Shown: piece by piece, positions 61,423-64,000 of the stretch
Layout: every line of letters begins with the position of its first letter
How positions within the stretch are numbered: the stretch's first letter is position 1
From: Gekko japonicus
Lineage: Eukaryota
NCBI RefSeq assembly: GCF_001447785.1
Contig: NW_015165236.1
Coordinates: 1,367,998 to 1,431,997, forward strand
DNA length: 64,000 bases
Direction of reading: 5' to 3'
Position numbers and translations under genes: made by a program
Notes under the pieces: model-generated
The model's database searches: none
Told to the model about the DNA's origin: nothing
Seen by the model: only the letters and a program-made list of their open reading frames with translations

Positions 61423-61579
61423 TGATTACCTTCAGCACCTCGGATCAGCCCTGGCCCATCTGAGCCCCTGCACCATTCCCCAGCGGATCTACCGCCAAGC
61501 CCAGAGCCTTCTCTGCAGCCTCTTGCCGTGGTCGAGCATCTCAGCCAAGAGCGGCATCGAGTACAGCCGGACCATGTGA
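61423..61579 (+). CDS. NAA60: NAA60 coding exon 5 (DYLQHLGSALAHLSPC...GIEYSRTM*)
   Basis: Follows the U12 branch point and AC acceptor. The exons total 729 nt = 242 aa. Confidence 0.93.
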
Positions 61580-61766
61580 TGCGAAGGTAGGCCGCAGCGC
61601 CTGCGTGGGCCCTCCTCATGGCCCTCCTCCCTTGGGTGTGGCTTGGAGCGAGGCAAGGGGTGCAGCACCCGGTGAGGTGGGACGGGCCCCGAGACACGGA
61701 TCATGGCGACGGGCTGTTCGGTGACCATTCCCACCCACCCCCATCCCCCGGTCTCCTCCAGTTACA

Positions 61767-62729
61767 ATCCAAAGAAATAACACACAGTCTCAAAACAGTA
61801 AGGTCTGGAAAACATACAGACGTGTGCTAGATGCCCACAGAACAATACAACAACAGATGAGACTATAATGAAGCCATAACATATTTAGTGTCTGGTAAAG
61901 ACAAACCAGGCTGCGGTGGCTCAAGTGGTTAAGACGCTGAGCTGCAGACCGGAAGGTCGGTAGTTCGAGACCCGAGTGCCACGTGACGGAGTGAGCTCCC
62001 GTCTCTGGCCCCAGCTCCTGCCAACCTAGCAGTTCGAAAGCAAGAAATCGCAAGTAGATAAATAGGTACCGCTTAGGTGGGAAGGAGTTAACAGCGTTTC
62101 GTGCACCTCAGCATCTAGTCATCCCAGGCACATGACCACAGAAAAGTCTTCGGACAGCGCTGGCTTTTTGGCTTGGAAATGGAGATGAGCACCGCATCCC
62201 TAGAGTCGGATTCGGCTGGCTTTCGAGCGAGGGAAACCTTTACCTAAAGACAAACAACATAGTGTGGGTCCATCTGACTTTGGCAGCAGCATCAGTACGC
62301 TTGGAAATGAGGGAGGAGACTTTGGCCAGGTAGTCTAACAGAAAAGTAAATCAATGAAAGTGTCTACTTGAACATAAGATTGAATGTGAGATTCCTAAAT
62401 AGGACTTGTTCCTGAGGAAAGACCAGAGGTCTGAAACACTTAGATATCCGGAAAGAGTATAAACTGAAAGAGATATACAAATTGATTGTATTTGGAGGAG
62501 ACTACTGTTGTGAATTTGTACAAGGACGCAAGACGGTTATAAGTATATAGATTGTGAGAGACTGGAGCAGACTGCGGTGTGAATTCCTATGTGTTTTTTC
62601 TGTGAAGGAGTATGTTGCTCGTCTTTACCAGACACTAAATGATGTTATGGCTTTGCTATAGTCTCATCTGTTGTTGTATTGTTCTGTGGGCATCGAGCAC
62701 ACGCGCCCGTATTTTTTCCTCATATCTGA
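61767..62729. mobile_element. Fold-back (probably Penelope-like) element with nested Sauria SINE and degenerate hammerhead
   Basis: Inverted arms ~61820-61905 / 62620-62704; 14-bp TSD CTCCTCCAGTTACA at 61753-61766 / 62730-62743; CTGAGGA-A-AGACC-AGA-GGTCT-GAAAC near 62412. Confidence 0.6.
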
Positions 62730-64000
62730 CTCCTCCAGTTACAGGCCTCGCTCCCTTTCAGCGGGGAACAGAAATGTTGTGTGGTTCCGTAAAATAAGAC
62801 TGCGGAGGACCTCAGGTTGTCCACGACTGATGGAGATGGAAGTCCGGCTCTTTCTGGCCAGGAGCTTGGGAGCCGGCGCAACCCCACCTTTCCACCTGCC
62901 CCCTGGAGCAAATTTTTATTTTGTTTAATTCATGTGTACTCCATACTTCCCAATGGCAACCCAAAGCAGTTTACATTGTTCTCCGTTTTATCCTCACAAC
63001 AGCCCTGAGAGGTAGGCCGGGCTGAGAGAGACTGTGCCTGGCCCAAAGTCACCCACTTGAACTTCCCCAGTGCAAGTGGGGATTCGAACCTGGGTGTGGC
63101 ATCCTGCTTTATTGGGGAGACTGTTTCTCCTTTAAACCAAACTCTGTGTACATTAGTAAATTTCTTGCTGCCACCAGGAAATAAAAAATCCAAATCTCTA
63201 TTTTGGTAGAATGACCCAGTGTCTGGGCGCTTCAGAGGACTATGTGGCCCTGAGGAAGGACTGTTCTGATTGCTGGGATAAGTTTAAACAAATAATGATT
63301 TATTTATAAAAGAACAAAATAGGTTTCTGGGTAATTTTGAACTATTGTCGAAGAAAGAAAATATGACTGACAAGGCTTGGTGCCACACACAGTCTCTCAT
63401 ACACCAAAACTCCACTCTGACAGGCTTATCTCTCTCTCTCTCTCATATATAGCCACACAGGCTAAACTGTCTTGCTCATATAGCCACACAGGCTGAACTT
63501 TCTCTCGCGCAGCCACACAGGCTAAACTCCAACTGCTTCCTCTGTTACAGACTCTCACAAAAACTCTCCACACTCGTCTCTTCCAGGACACAGAATCACT
63601 CTCATAGAGACACCCCTCCTCCCACACTCTCTGTCATCAGCCAGTCACATCACACTTGTCTCCCTCTATCACTCCCCTTACATTACTGCAGTCAAACTAA
63701 ACATTTAAAGAAACACACACACCAAAACAAGAAATCGTTCCACTGGGCCTCCCGGATTCTAAGCTGACATCCTTTACCGTTATACCACACTGGCTCGCCT
63801 CCCCCCTCAGTCTTAACCATGTTTAAGCAGTCTCTCAGCGCTCGCATTAAGCGGGTCTTCCTTTAAGCTCCTGTTTTAGACCCCCGGTTTAGTTAGGCAG
63901 TGGTTGTCTTCCCTGCGGCGGAGGCCGGGGGAAGTGTCTGTCCGTCCTGAAGCAGAGACGCTGACATGGAGGCTGCTGCTTGACAAAGCCCTCTGATTGT

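Overview
GC-rich vertebrate genomic DNA, most likely a squamate and probably a gecko. This is inferred from Sauria/Squam-type SINEs, Bov-B, CR1 and Penelope-like repeats. Three spliced genes lie on the + strand. (1) A DNase I-family gene (DNASE1-like): 8 coding exons, 18046-25214, 284 aa. (2) INTS15/C7orf26: 6 exons, 31888-~42041, with two apparent lesions (missing exon-4 donor, terminal frameshift). (3) NAA60: 5 coding exons, 52850-61579, 242 aa, whose last coding intron is a U12-type AT-AC intron. The rest is dense, nested repeats: a young 5'-truncated CR1 with an intact RT ORF, tRNA- and 5S-derived SINEs, several hAT-type MITE families with 8-bp TSDs, SINE-derived tandem arrays, and fold-back Penelope-like elements carrying minimal hammerhead ribozyme motifs. 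The most notable observations are: one SINE family's pyrimidine tail forming splice acceptors in all three genes; hammerhead motifs in sense orientation inside DNase introns; a short DNase intron resembling the retained Pro-rich intron of mammalian DNASE1L2; and a TF-site-rich MITE at the INTS15 promoter. Four assembly gaps are present. Homology calls come from recalled sequences, not from searches.
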